From NCBI GenBank assembly GCA_963560095.1, contig CAUWNE010000003.1, forward strand, positions 4,828 to 68,827: a stretch of DNA of 64,000 bases, written 5' to 3'. Each line of letters opens with the position of its first letter. Positions within the stretch are counted from its first letter, which is position 1. The stretch comes from an uncultured Dysosmobacter sp. GTDB taxonomy: Bacteria; Bacillota; Clostridia; Oscillospirales; Oscillospiraceae. Of the stretch, positions 35,621 to 45,060 are shown piece by piece. A program made the translations under genes and the position numbers. The notes beneath the pieces are model-generated. The model was not told the origin of the DNA, searched no databases, and saw only the letters and a list, made by a program, of their open reading frames with translations.

Positions 35621-36541
35621 TTAGACGTTGATCCCCAGAAGCTTGAGAATCAGGGCCATGCGGACGAATTTGCCGTTTTTCACCTGTTTCCAGTAGGCGG
35701 CCCGGGGGTCCTTATCCACCGCCACAGAGATCTCATTGACCCGGGGCAGGGGATGGAGGATAGAAAGGTCCGCCTTGGCAGAGACCAGCTTCTCAGGCGT
35801 GAGGATATAGCTGTCTTTCAGCCGCAGGTACTCCTCCTCGTTGAAGAACCGCTCCTTCTGGACCCGGGTCATATACAGGATGTCCAGCTGGGGGATGACG
35901 GACTCCAGATCCGTGGTCTGGGTATAGGGGATGCCCTTTTTCTTCAAAGCCTCCTCCTTGACATACCGGGGGAGCTTGAGCTCCAGGGGGGAGATCAGGA
36001 CAAAGTGGATGTTCTCATACCGGCTCAGGGCATTGACCAGAGAGTGAACGGTGCGGCCAAATTTCAGGTCACCGCAAAAGCCGATGGTGAAGTTGTCCAG
36101 CCGCCCCTTCTCCCGGTGGATCGTCAGCAGGTCCGTGAGGGTCTGGGTGGGATGGTTATGGCCGCCGTCGCCGGCATTGATGATGGGCACCTCGCTGACC
36201 TGAGCGGCAGCATAGGGCGCGCCCTCCTTGGGATGGCGCATGGCGATGATGTCGGCGTAGCAGCTGACGGTATGGACGGTATCACCCACAGTCTCACCCT
36301 TGGCGGTGGAGCTGGAATTGGCCTCGGAGAAGCCCAGCACGCTGCCGCCCAGGGCCAGCATGGCGGACTCAAAGCTCAGCCGGGTCCGGGTGGAGGGCTC
36401 GAAGAACAAGGTGGCCAGCTGCTTGTGAGCGCAGGCGTCCTGGTATTTGACGGGGTTTGCGATGATGTCCTCGGCGGTGGCGATCAGCTGATCGATCTCC
36501 TCCACGGACAGATCGGTGATGTCAATGATATTTCTGGGCAT
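35621..36541 (-). CDS. pyrB: Aspartate carbamoyltransferase catalytic subunit
   Basis: STRTR, HPTQ and HPLPR motifs. Start at [11 protein letters not shown] with an AAAGGAG RBS. Confidence 0.95.
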   Translation of the reverse strand: MPRNIIDITDLSVEEIDQLIATAEDIIANPVKYQDACAHKQLATLFFEPSTRTRLSFESAMLALGGSVLGFSEANSSSTAKGETVGDTVHTVSCYADIIAMRHPKEGAPYAAAQVSEVPIINAGDGGHNHPTQTLTDLLTIHREKGRLDNFTIGFCGDLKFGRTVHSLVNALSRYENIHFVLISPLELKLPRYVKEEALKKKGIPYTQTTDLESVIPQLDILYMTRVQKERFFNEEEYLRLKDSYILTPEKLVSAKADLSILHPLPRVNEISVAVDKDPRAAYWKQVKNGKFVRMALILKLLGINV

Positions 36542-36628
36542 GAGGATACTCCTTTCGGAACAGCGGTGTACGGAACGGAACAGGAGCAAAGCGGACTTTG
36601 CGGAAATGATTGGAGGTCCCCGCACAAA

Positions 36629-36832
36629 CCCAGCGAAGCGGGTCCGGTGGGGAGAGGAGAAATAACCGGAGCGGATGGAGTTTTCAGCGTGAGCTGGAAA
36701 CGGAATGAGTGACGGTTATAACAGGGGGGCCCCCGGCGGAGCCCAGCGAAGCGGGTCCGGTGGGGAGAGGAGAAATAACCGGAACGGATGGAGTTTTCAG
36801 CGCAAACTGGAAACGGAATGAGTGACGGTTAT
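36629..36832 (-). repeat. Two tandem copies (113-bp period) of a ~91-nt structured element between pyrE and pyrB
   Basis: Copy 36629-36719 and copy 36742-36832 differ at 4 of 91 positions, and 3 of those 4 fall in a hairpin loop. Each unit has an ATAACCG...CGGTTAT closing stem. Confidence 0.8.
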
Positions 36833-37473
36833 TTCGACGACGTGATCCAGGACTCATCACTGGGATTGGCCCGGAACCGCTTGAGCCGCTCGATGTCCTC
36901 GGTGCGGATCTTGCCCTCGTCAGCGGCGGCCTGACACACGGCGTCGAAGTTGGAGAGGCTGTAATTGAGGACGTTGGCGGCGGCCAGCCGGTCCAGGCCC
37001 TTCTGGAGACCGTAGGTGAAGATGGAGACCACGCCCAGCACCTCCGCGCCGGCCTCCCGCAGGGCCTCTACCACGTCGATGCAGCTGCCGGCGGTGGAGA
37101 TCAAATCCTCCACCACCACCACCTTCTGGCCGGGCAGGAGCTTGCCCTCGATCCGGTTCTGGCGGCCGTGGTCCTTGCTGCCGGAGCGGACATAGCCCAT
37201 GGGCAGGCCCATGAGATGGCCCACGATGGCGGCATGGGCGATGCCGGCGGTGGAGGTGCCCATCAGCACCTCCGCGTTGGGATAGTGCTGGCGGATCAGG
37301 TCTGCCAGGCCCTCCTCCACATGGGTACGGACAGCGGGGGCGGTGAGGGTGAGACGGTTATCACAGTAGATGGGGCTCTTGATGCCGCTGGCCCAGGTAA
37401 AGGGCTCGTCGGGCCGCAGAAAGACCGCGCCGATGGACAGCAGATCGTGGGCGATGGTGTATTCCAGATTCAT
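36829..37473 (-). CDS. pyrE: Orotate phosphoribosyltransferase
   Basis: PRPP-binding motif [13 protein letters not shown]; 214 aa. Confidence 0.95.
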   Translation of the reverse strand: MNLEYTIAHDLLSIGAVFLRPDEPFTWASGIKSPIYCDNRLTLTAPAVRTHVEEGLADLIRQHYPNAEVLMGTSTAGIAHAAIVGHLMGLPMGYVRSGSKDHGRQNRIEGKLLPGQKVVVVEDLISTAGSCIDVVEALREAGAEVLGVVSIFTYGLQKGLDRLAAANVLNYSLSNFDAVCQAAADEGKIRTEDIERLKRFRANPSDESWITSSK

Positions 37474-37530
37474 GATGGTACAATCCTTTCTGTGTGAAGA
37501 CGTTGACTCTCTTGTGGGGAGAAACTGGGA

Positions 37531-38055
37531 TCAGTAGGTCTCCCAGTGGAGCTTTCCCATAGGCAGGTCCTCCGGCCGGCGGGGCTCCGGGTGTTGGGCG
37601 GGAATGCCCAGGGACAAGATCGCCGCCAGGCGCAGGTGGTCCGGGAAGCCGATGAGATCCCGAACAAAGGCCTCGGTGCTCCGGCCGTCGGGAGATTCCC
37701 GCAGCCGGCCCTGGACCCAGCAGCTGCCAAGCCCCAGGCCGTCGGCCATCAAATGCATGTTGGCCATGGCCACGGCGCAGTCCTCGATCCAGACGTCAGA
37801 GCGGGTCTCGTCACCCAGGACCACGATGGCGCAGGATGCCTCCCGCAGCATCTGAGAGGCGGCGCCGCGGCAGCCGGCCAGGGCGTCCAGCACGGGGCGC
37901 TCCCGGACGATGATGAACTCCCAGGGGCGCAGGGCCTTGCCGCTGGCTGAGAGCATTCCGGCCTGGAGGATCTGGGCCAGGGCCTCCTTGGGGACCGGCT
38001 CGCCGGTGTAGGACCGGACGCTGCGGCGGTTTTGAAAATAGGTCAGCAGTTCCAT
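37531..38055 (-). CDS. Nitroreductase-family flavoprotein embedded in the pyr operon
   Basis: RRSVRSY N-terminal motif and nitroreductase fold length (174 aa). Confidence 0.85.
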   Translation of the reverse strand: MELLTYFQNRRSVRSYTGEPVPKEALAQILQAGMLSASGKALRPWEFIIVRERPVLDALAGCRGAASQMLREASCAIVVLGDETRSDVWIEDCAVAMANMHLMADGLGLGSCWVQGRLRESPDGRSTEAFVRDLIGFPDHLRLAAILSLGIPAQHPEPRRPEDLPMGKLHWETY

Positions 38056-38065
38056 GGCGGTTTCT

Positions 38066-38767
38066 TCAGCCCAGGAAGTCCTGGACGGCTCTGCGGTAAG
38101 CGGCCACCGGGTCCTCCGCCTGGGTGATGGGGCGGCCCATCACGATGTAGTCACAGCCGGACTTTCCGGCCTTTTCCGGGGTCATGATCCGCTTTTGATC
38201 GCCCACGGCGCTGTCGGCAAAGCGGATGCCGGGGGTGACGGTGAGGAAGTCCTGGCCGCACCGCTCCTTCACCAGAGCGGCCTCCAGAGGAGAGCAGACC
38301 ACGCCGTCCAGGCCGGAGGCGGCGGCGTTGCCGGCGTAGGAGAGGACGGTTTCCGCCATGGGGGTGTCGATGAGCAGCTCCCGCTTCAAGGTCTCGCCGT
38401 CGGTGGAGGTCAGCTGGGTGACGGCGATCAGCAGGGGCCGGGTGCCGTCCGGCCGGGTCAGCCCCTCCAGAGCGCCCTTCATCATCTCAGAGGCTCCGGC
38501 GGCATGGAGGTTCACCATGTCCACATCCAGCCGGCTGAGGACCCGCATGGCGCTTTTGACGGTGTTGGGGATGTCGTGGAGCTTCAGATCCAGGAAAATC
38601 TTGTGGCCCCGGGCCTTGATGTCCCGGACGATCTGGGGCCCCTCGGCGTAGTAGAGCTCCATACCGATCTTCACAAAGGGCTTCTCCCCGGCGGGGAAGC
38701 GGTCCAGAAAGGCCAGCGTGGCCTCTCGGGTGGGAAAGTCCAGGGCGATGATGACATCCTTAGTCAT
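38066..38767 (-). CDS. pyrF: Orotidine 5'-phosphate decarboxylase
   Basis: IIALDFP and [12 protein letters not shown] motifs. Confidence 0.95.
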   Translation of the reverse strand: MTKDVIIALDFPTREATLAFLDRFPAGEKPFVKIGMELYYAEGPQIVRDIKARGHKIFLDLKLHDIPNTVKSAMRVLSRLDVDMVNLHAAGASEMMKGALEGLTRPDGTRPLLIAVTQLTSTDGETLKRELLIDTPMAETVLSYAGNAAASGLDGVVCSPLEAALVKERCGQDFLTVTPGIRFADSAVGDQKRIMTPEKAGKSGCDYIVMGRPITQAEDPVAAYRRAVQDFLG

Positions 38768-39677
38768 GATGTGCTCCTCCTGTCAGTTCAGAAATATGGG
38801 TGACGCCCAGCCGCTCACACACGGCGGGCAGATCCTCGATGATGGTCTTGCAGGCCCAGGGGTCCCGGAGGTTGGCCGCGCCCACCTCCACGGCGGCGGC
38901 GCCTGCCAGCATCAGCTCCGCCGCGTCCTCGGCGGAGGACACGCCGCCGCAGCCGATGATGGGCAGCTTCACCGCCTCGTATACGTCCCAGACCATCCGC
39001 ACCGCCACCGGGAAGACCGCGGGGCCGGAGAGGCCGCCGGTGCGGTTGGCCAGCAGGGGGCGGCGGGTGTTCAGGTCGATCCGCATCCCCAGCAGCGTGT
39101 TGATCAGGCACAGGCCGTCGGCGCCGGCGTCGGCGCAGGCCCGGGCGATCTCTGTGATGTCCGTGACGTTGGGGGTCAGCTTCATAAAAACGGGCTTTTT
39201 GGTGACGGCCCGGACGGCCCGGGTCACCTCGGCGGCGGCCTTGGGATCGCAGCCGAAGTTCTTGCCGCCGGCGTGGACGTTGGGGCAGGAGATGTTGACC
39301 TCCAGAATGGCCACCTGGTCCACGTCATTCAGCTTCCGGCAGTTTTCAGCGTACTCCTCCAGGGAGAAGCCGCCCACGTTGGCGATCAGGGGGCCGTGGA
39401 AGATCTTTGCGATGTGGGGGACCTCCTGGGCGATGACTGCGTCCATGCCGGGGTTTTGCAGCCCTACGGCGTTGAGCATCCCGCCGGGGGTCTCGGCGAT
39501 CCGGGGCTGGGGATTGCCCAGCCGGGGCTGGGCGGTGGTCCCCTTCCAGGAGAAGCTGCCTAAGATGTCCAAGTCATAAATTTCCGCGTATTCCCGGCCG
39601 TAGCCAAAGGTTCCGGAGGCGGGGATGATGGGGTTTTTCAGCGTGACCCCCGCCAGATTGACAGATAAGTTTACCAT
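38760..39677 (-). CDS. pyrD: Dihydroorotate dehydrogenase B, catalytic subunit
   Basis: Class 1B DHOD motifs [14 protein letters not shown] and GGVSS. Confidence 0.95.
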   Translation of the reverse strand: MVNLSVNLAGVTLKNPIIPASGTFGYGREYAEIYDLDILGSFSWKGTTAQPRLGNPQPRIAETPGGMLNAVGLQNPGMDAVIAQEVPHIAKIFHGPLIANVGGFSLEEYAENCRKLNDVDQVAILEVNISCPNVHAGGKNFGCDPKAAAEVTRAVRAVTKKPVFMKLTPNVTDITEIARACADAGADGLCLINTLLGMRIDLNTRRPLLANRTGGLSGPAVFPVAVRMVWDVYEAVKLPIIGCGGVSSAEDAAELMLAGAAAVEVGAANLRDPWACKTIIEDLPAVCERLGVTHISELTGGAHHD

Positions 39678-40408
39678 ACGATCTCCTCCTGAAACAGGAT
39701 GGGGCCGTCCTTACAGACCCGCTTATAGCCGCCGGCGGTGGGCACGGTGCAGCCCATGCAGGCGCCAAAGCCGCAGCCCATCCGGGCCTCAAAGCTGAAT
39801 TGCCCGCCCTTGAGCTGGGGCAGGCCGTGCACGGCCTTGAGCATGGGCAGGGGGCCGCAGGCGCAGACATAGTCACAGCCCGGCAGGGCGGCGATGCAGT
39901 CGGTGACAAAGCCCTTGGTGCCAAGGCTTCCGTCCTCCGTGGCCACGGCCACTGGACAGCCCAGGGCGGCAAACTCCTCCAGATAATAGGCGTCGGCCTT
40001 GGACCGGAAGCCCAGGGCCACCGTGGGCGCTTTGCCCTGCTCCAGCAGCCGCCGGGCAAGGCCGTAGAGGGGCGCGGCGCCGATGCCGCCGCCGGCCAGA
40101 ACGGGGCTGCTGCCCGCTAAGTCCATGGCAAAGCCGTTGCCAAGGCCGGTGAGGACCCGCAGCGCCGTGCCGGGGGTCAGGCGGACCAGCTCCCGGGTGC
40201 CCTTGCCGGCCTCCTTGACCAGAAGGCGCAGGCTGCTTGCTGTCCAGTCGCAGATGGAGATGGGCCGCCGCAGGAAGTATCCGGGCAGCTCCAGGTTCAC
40301 AAACTGGCCTGGGGCGGTGACGGCAGAGGCGTCGCCGGAGAGGGAGAGCTCATAGGTGTCCCCATTGAGCTGGCGGACGCGGTCCAGGGTAAAGGTCGTT
40401 TCTCTCAT
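39671..40408 (-). CDS. pyrK: Dihydroorotate dehydrogenase B, electron-transfer (FAD/2Fe-2S) subunit
   Basis: RRPISI FAD motif and C-terminal CGFGACMGC cluster. Confidence 0.9.
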   Translation of the reverse strand: MRETTFTLDRVRQLNGDTYELSLSGDASAVTAPGQFVNLELPGYFLRRPISICDWTASSLRLLVKEAGKGTRELVRLTPGTALRVLTGLGNGFAMDLAGSSPVLAGGGIGAAPLYGLARRLLEQGKAPTVALGFRSKADAYYLEEFAALGCPVAVATEDGSLGTKGFVTDCIAALPGCDYVCACGPLPMLKAVHGLPQLKGGQFSFEARMGCGFGACMGCTVPTAGGYKRVCKDGPILFQEEIVW

Positions 40409-41685
40409 GGTTCCAAGTCCTCCTGTGTGTGCAGGTCGTGATAGACGATCTCTCCGCCGCAGACGGTCATGGCCACGGCGGCGGAGACGGTCCAGCCGTC
40501 AAAGGGGGTGGCCCGGCCCAGGGAGCGGAAGCTCTGGCTGTCAATGACGTGGGGCCGGTTCAGATCCAGCACGGTGAAGTCTGCGATCTCCCCCTCGGCA
40601 AGGCTGCCGCCGGGAAGGGAGAAGATCCGCCGGGGATTGAGGCACATGGCCTGGACCAGCGTCTCCATAGGCAGGATGCCGGGCTGGACCAGCTGGGTAT
40701 AGAGGATGGGGAAGGCCGTCTCCAGGCCCACGATGCCGTTGAGGCTGCCCCGCAGGCCCTTGGACTTCTCCTCGGCGCTGTGGGGGGCGTGGTCCGTGGC
40801 GATGCAGTCCACTGTGCCGTCCAGCAGGCCCTCCAGCAGGGCGTCCCGGTCGGCGGCGGAGCGGATGGGGGGATTCATTTTGAACCGGCCCTCGTCCAGC
40901 AGCTCCTCGTCGGTCAGCACCAGATAGTGGGGGCCGGTCTCGCAGGTCACCGGCAGGCCCTGGGCCTTGGCGTCGCGGATCAGGGCCACAGACTCCTTGG
41001 TGGAGAGGTGGCAGACGTGATAGCGGCAGCCGGTGTCCCGGACCAGCTCCAGATCCCGCTCCACCTGCCGCCATTCGCTGGCGGGATCGTTGCCGGGCAG
41101 GCCGTGGCGGCGGGCAAAGGCCCCGTCGTGGACGCACCAGCCCTTCCCAAGCAGGGACTCGTCCTCACAGTGGGCCACGATGGGCCGGTCCAGAGACTTC
41201 GCCAGGACCATGGCCTCACGCATCAGCTCCCGGTCCTGGACGCCCCGGCCATCGTCGGAGAAGCCGGCTGCCAACGGGGCCATGGCAGAGAGATCCGAGA
41301 GGGCCTCGCCCCGCTGGCCCTGGGTGATGGTCCCGTAGGGATAGACCCGGACCCGGGCGGTTTGGCGGATCAGGTCCAGCTGGACCTGGAGGGCGTCCTT
41401 GGTGTCCGGCGCGGGCTTGAGGTTGGGCATGGCGCACACCGCTGTGTAGCCGCCGGCGGCGGCCGCCGCCGTGCCGGAGGCGATGGTCTCCTTATAAGAA
41501 AAACCAGGCTCCCGAAGATGTACATGCACATCGACGAAACCTGGAACGATCAAGCAGTTGTGAATCCCGATCACGGAGGCGTTCTCCTGGGGAACGGAAA
41601 CAATACGGCCCTGGTCCATCGCCAGATCCATATCCTGAAAATGCCCGTTCAGAAAGACGGCCCCGCCGGTCAGCAATACGCTCAT
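40405..41685 (-). CDS. pyrC: Dihydroorotase
   Basis: DVHVHLREPG metal motif. Start at MSVLLTGG with an AAAGGGGA RBS. Confidence 0.9.
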   Translation of the reverse strand: MSVLLTGGAVFLNGHFQDMDLAMDQGRIVSVPQENASVIGIHNCLIVPGFVDVHVHLREPGFSYKETIASGTAAAAAGGYTAVCAMPNLKPAPDTKDALQVQLDLIRQTARVRVYPYGTITQGQRGEALSDLSAMAPLAAGFSDDGRGVQDRELMREAMVLAKSLDRPIVAHCEDESLLGKGWCVHDGAFARRHGLPGNDPASEWRQVERDLELVRDTGCRYHVCHLSTKESVALIRDAKAQGLPVTCETGPHYLVLTDEELLDEGRFKMNPPIRSAADRDALLEGLLDGTVDCIATDHAPHSAEEKSKGLRGSLNGIVGLETAFPILYTQLVQPGILPMETLVQAMCLNPRRIFSLPGGSLAEGEIADFTVLDLNRPHVIDSQSFRSLGRATPFDGWTVSAAVAMTVCGGEIVYHDLHTQEDLEP

Positions 41686-41718
41686 GTTGATCCCCTTTCT
41701 GTGTGTTCTCAACATCTT

Positions 41719-41747
41719 ACTATACTAAACCCACCTGGGGATGTCAA
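41719..41747 (-). promoter_or_regulatory. Promoter of the pyr operon
   Basis: Minus strand TTGACA (41747-41742), 17 bp, TATAGT (41724-41719). Confidence 0.65.
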
Positions 41748-41882
41748 CGGAAACTTCCGCCAGGATTTCAGGTTTGGAGATTCCGGAGAAAAGTGCCTGG
41801 CAGGCTCCCGCCGTCTTTCACAAATCGACAGGAGGGCTCTGCCGGTCCCGCAGTGGGGACCGGCAGAGAGACGGGGATGGGG

Positions 41883-43607
41883 TCAGGCCTTCAGGCTCTC
41901 CACCCATCTTCCGTATTTCTCCACATTGGCCCTGGCGTCGGCAGCGTCGCTGCCCTGGGCCAGGATATAGACCTTGATCTTGGGCTCGGTGCCGGAGGGA
42001 CGGACGATGACAGAGGTGCCGTCAGCCATCTCAAAGCGCAGCACGTTGGACCCGGAGAGCTCCATTTGGCTCTTGACCCCGGCGGTGTCGGTGACGGTGC
42101 CGGTCTGGTAGTCCTTCCACGCAGTCACAGCCACGCCGGAGAGCTCCCGGGGGGGATCTTCCCGGAGGGCGGCCATGAGCTTTGCCATGTCCCGCAGGCC
42201 GTCCAGCCCGGGCATCACCAGGTTGTAGGTGTGCTCGGCAAAGTGGCCGTACTTCTCATAGAGCTGATCCAGAGCGTCCGCCAGGGTCAGGCCCTGGGCG
42301 GCGTACCAGGCGGCCATCTCCGTCAGCAGCAGCGAGGCGGTGACGGCGTCCTTATCCCGGACGTAGCTGCCCAGCATATAGCCATAGGACTCCTCATAGG
42401 AGAAGATCACGTTCCCCTGACCGGACTGCTCCAGCTGGTCCTTCTTCTGGGCCAGGAACTTAAAGCCGGTGAAGGTGTCGTAGCATTGCAGGCCGTTGAC
42501 CTCGGCCACCTTCCGGGCCATCTCCGTGGTGACGATGGTCTTCAGGGCCACGGGACGCTCGGGCATGGTGCCGGAGCGTTTCTTGGCGCCGATCAGATAG
42601 TCCAGCAGCAAAACGCCGGTCTGGTTGCCGGAGATCACCTGGAACTCCCCGCTCTTGGTGCGCACCATGATGCCCACCCGGTCGGCGTCGGGGTCGGAGC
42701 CGACGATGAAATCAGCGCCTGCCTGCTTGGCCAGCTCCACGGCCAGAGCGAAGCCCTCGGGATTTTCCGGGTTGGGAGAGACCACCGTGGGGAAGTCCCC
42801 GTCAATGACCATCTGCTCCGGCACGCAGAGCAGGTGCTTGACGCCCAGGCGGCGCAGCGCCTCGGGGATCAGCTTGTGGCCGGTGCCGTGGAAGGGGGTG
42901 TAGACCACCTGGAAGGTGTCCGCCACCTGGGCCACGGTCTCCGGGTCGTTGACCTGGGCCATGACGTGGGAGAGGAATTTCTCGTCGGTCTCCTCCCCCA
43001 GGATCTCGATCAGGCCCTGGGATACGGCCTGGTCATAGTCCATGGTCTTCACGTCTGCAAAGATGTCGATCTCGCCCAGCCGCTTGGCCACGGCGTCGGC
43101 GTGCCGGGGGGGCAGCTGTGCGCCATCCTCCCAATAGACCTTATAGCCGTTGTACTCCTTGGGGTTGTGGCTGGCGGTGATGTTGATGCCGGCCTGGCAG
43201 CCGTACTCCCGGACGGCAAAGCTCAGCTCCGGGGTGGGGCGCAGGGACTCGAAGATCCGCACGTGGATGCCGTTGGCGGCGCAGACCTGGGCGGCGGCCC
43301 GGGCAAAGTCCATGGAGTGGTTCCGGCAGTCCATGCAGATGGCCACGCCCCGGCGCTTGCCCTCCTCGCCCTCGGCGGCGATGATGTCCGCAAAGCCCTG
43401 GGTGGCCCAGCGGATCACGTGGACGTTCATGTTGTGCAGACCCACGGCCATGGTGCCCCGCAGGCCGGCAGTGCCGAACTCCAGAGGACCGTAGAACCGG
43501 GCCTCGATCTCCTTGAGATCTCCGCCGATGGCCTCCAGCTCGGCAGTCTCCTCGGCGCTGAGGGTGGGGCTGTGAAGCCACTTCTCATACTCTTTTTTGA
43601 AATCCAT
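41883..43607 (-). CDS. Phosphoglucomutase/phosphomannomutase family protein
   Basis: Active-site TASHNPKEYNGYK and sugar-phosphate mutase domain order; 574 aa. Confidence 0.9.
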   Translation of the reverse strand: MDFKKEYEKWLHSPTLSAEETAELEAIGGDLKEIEARFYGPLEFGTAGLRGTMAVGLHNMNVHVIRWATQGFADIIAAEGEEGKRRGVAICMDCRNHSMDFARAAAQVCAANGIHVRIFESLRPTPELSFAVREYGCQAGINITASHNPKEYNGYKVYWEDGAQLPPRHADAVAKRLGEIDIFADVKTMDYDQAVSQGLIEILGEETDEKFLSHVMAQVNDPETVAQVADTFQVVYTPFHGTGHKLIPEALRRLGVKHLLCVPEQMVIDGDFPTVVSPNPENPEGFALAVELAKQAGADFIVGSDPDADRVGIMVRTKSGEFQVISGNQTGVLLLDYLIGAKKRSGTMPERPVALKTIVTTEMARKVAEVNGLQCYDTFTGFKFLAQKKDQLEQSGQGNVIFSYEESYGYMLGSYVRDKDAVTASLLLTEMAAWYAAQGLTLADALDQLYEKYGHFAEHTYNLVMPGLDGLRDMAKLMAALREDPPRELSGVAVTAWKDYQTGTVTDTAGVKSQMELSGSNVLRFEMADGTSVIVRPSGTEPKIKVYILAQGSDAADARANVEKYGRWVESLKA

Positions 43608-43683
43608 AGACTTCCTCCTGTACGTGGTGTATTCTTCGCGGCCGCCCAGGCGGCCGGCAGCGTGCGGTATGGGCCGCCGGAAG

Positions 43684-44166
43684 TCACTTGTGGTACTTTC
43701 CGCCGGCGTTGATCTGATAGACCCGGTAGATCTGCTCCAGCACCATCACCCGGGCCAGATGGTGGGGAAAGGTCATGGGGGACATGGACAGCCGCTCCCG
43801 GGCCAATGCCTTGATGGAGGGATGGAGCCCGAAGGACCCGCCGATGACGAAGACCAGCTGGCTCTCGCCCTGGTTGGCCCAGGTGGACATCAGCGCGGCC
43901 AGCGATTCGCTGGACCGGGGCGTTCCCTCCACACATAGGGCGATCAGCGGGGCGGAGGAGGGGAGCTTTCCCCGGATGGCCTCGGCCTCCCGGGCCAGGG
44001 CGGCCTCGATCTGAGCGTCGGAGGGGTCCTCCGGCAGCCGCTCCTCGGGGAGCTCTAAAAGCTCCAGCTTGCAGTACCGGGAGAGACGTTTCAGGTATTC
44101 CCCGCAGGCGGCCTGATAGAATTTCTCTTTCAGCTTGCCCACGCAGATGAGCGTCACTTTCTGCAT
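43684..44166 (-). CDS. rlmH: 23S rRNA (pseudouridine1915-N3)-methyltransferase RlmH
   Basis: Starts MQKVTLICVGKLKEKF; SPOUT C-terminus VFVIGGSFGL...HHLARVMVLEQIYR. Confidence 0.9.
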   Translation of the reverse strand: MQKVTLICVGKLKEKFYQAACGEYLKRLSRYCKLELLELPEERLPEDPSDAQIEAALAREAEAIRGKLPSSAPLIALCVEGTPRSSESLAALMSTWANQGESQLVFVIGGSFGLHPSIKALARERLSMSPMTFPHHLARVMVLEQIYRVYQINAGGKYHK

Positions 44167-44954
44167 ACGGCCCTCCCGGAGACCTGATAGGTCTGGCTCA
44201 GGCACTCCCTGGGCGCCACAGACAGCGCCGGGGCCAGGCCCGCGGCGGAGAGGGCTGTTTCCACGGCGCGAAGGGCCATGGCAGGGGTGTTGTTGTCCCG
44301 GCTCAGATGGGCCAGGACCAGCTCACCGGTCCCGCCTGCTGCCAGCTGAACGGCAAAGCGGGCGGCGTCCTCGTTGCAAAGGTGCCCCTGGGGGCCCAGG
44401 ATGCGCTGTTTGAGATAATAGGGATAGCCCCCGCTGCGGAGGGTCTCCACGTCGTGGTTGGCCTCCAGCACCGCCAGGTCCACGCCGGGGAGCAGCTCCG
44501 CCGCCTCGTCAGGCACATAGCCGGTGTCGGTCAAAATGCCCACGGAGCCGTCGGCGCTGTCCAGCCGGAAGCCGCAGGGGCCCGGCGCGTCATGGGAGAT
44601 GGGAAAGGCGGTGACCGTGAAGGCGCCGATCTCCAGGGGGCGGCAGAGGGGGAGGGGGGCCAGACGGTCCTCTGATGCCGGGAGCCGCCACGCCAGCTCC
44701 CGGCAGGCCCGCTCTGTGGCATAGATGGGGCAGCGGGTGTGCTTGAGCAGGGTCTGGAGTCCGGCGATGTGGTCTGTGTGGGTGTGGGTGATGAGGATGG
44801 CCTCCAGAGCGTCCGGCGTCAGTCCCAGGGCGTGGAGCCCCTGGGTGATGCGGCGGCAGGAGATGCCGGCGTCCACCAGCAGGTGGGACTGCTCCTGAGA
44901 GACGGCCAGGGCGTTGCCGCTGGAGCCGCTGGCGAGCGTATGTAGGGTGATCAA
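44154..44954 (-). CDS. MBL-fold metallo-hydrolase (YycJ/WalJ-like)
   Basis: HTHTDH motif. Proposed TTG start after GAGGAA (start uncertain). Synteny with rlmH and the WalRK-like genes. Confidence 0.75.
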   Translation of the reverse strand: MITLHTLASGSSGNALAVSQEQSHLLVDAGISCRRITQGLHALGLTPDALEAILITHTHTDHIAGLQTLLKHTRCPIYATERACRELAWRLPASEDRLAPLPLCRPLEIGAFTVTAFPISHDAPGPCGFRLDSADGSVGILTDTGYVPDEAAELLPGVDLAVLEANHDVETLRSGGYPYYLKQRILGPQGHLCNEDAARFAVQLAAGGTGELVLAHLSRDNNTPAMALRAVETALSAAGLAPALSVAPRECLSQTYQVSGRAVCRK

Positions 44955-45060
44955 AGTGCAGGTTCCTCGTCTTTCTGTTCGGGATAAAAAGCGCCTGCGG
45001 TGGGCGACGAAAGTCGTCAGCCTCCATCGCAGGCGCTCAGATGTTCCAACATGAATGGTC

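Noticed and set aside
36629-36832. PyrR-dependent attenuator upstream of pyrB.
   Set aside because: No PyrR binding-loop consensus (UCCAGAGAGG-like) is present on the transcribed strand, and no pyrR gene is in the operon. The repeat is kept as an unexplained structured element instead.
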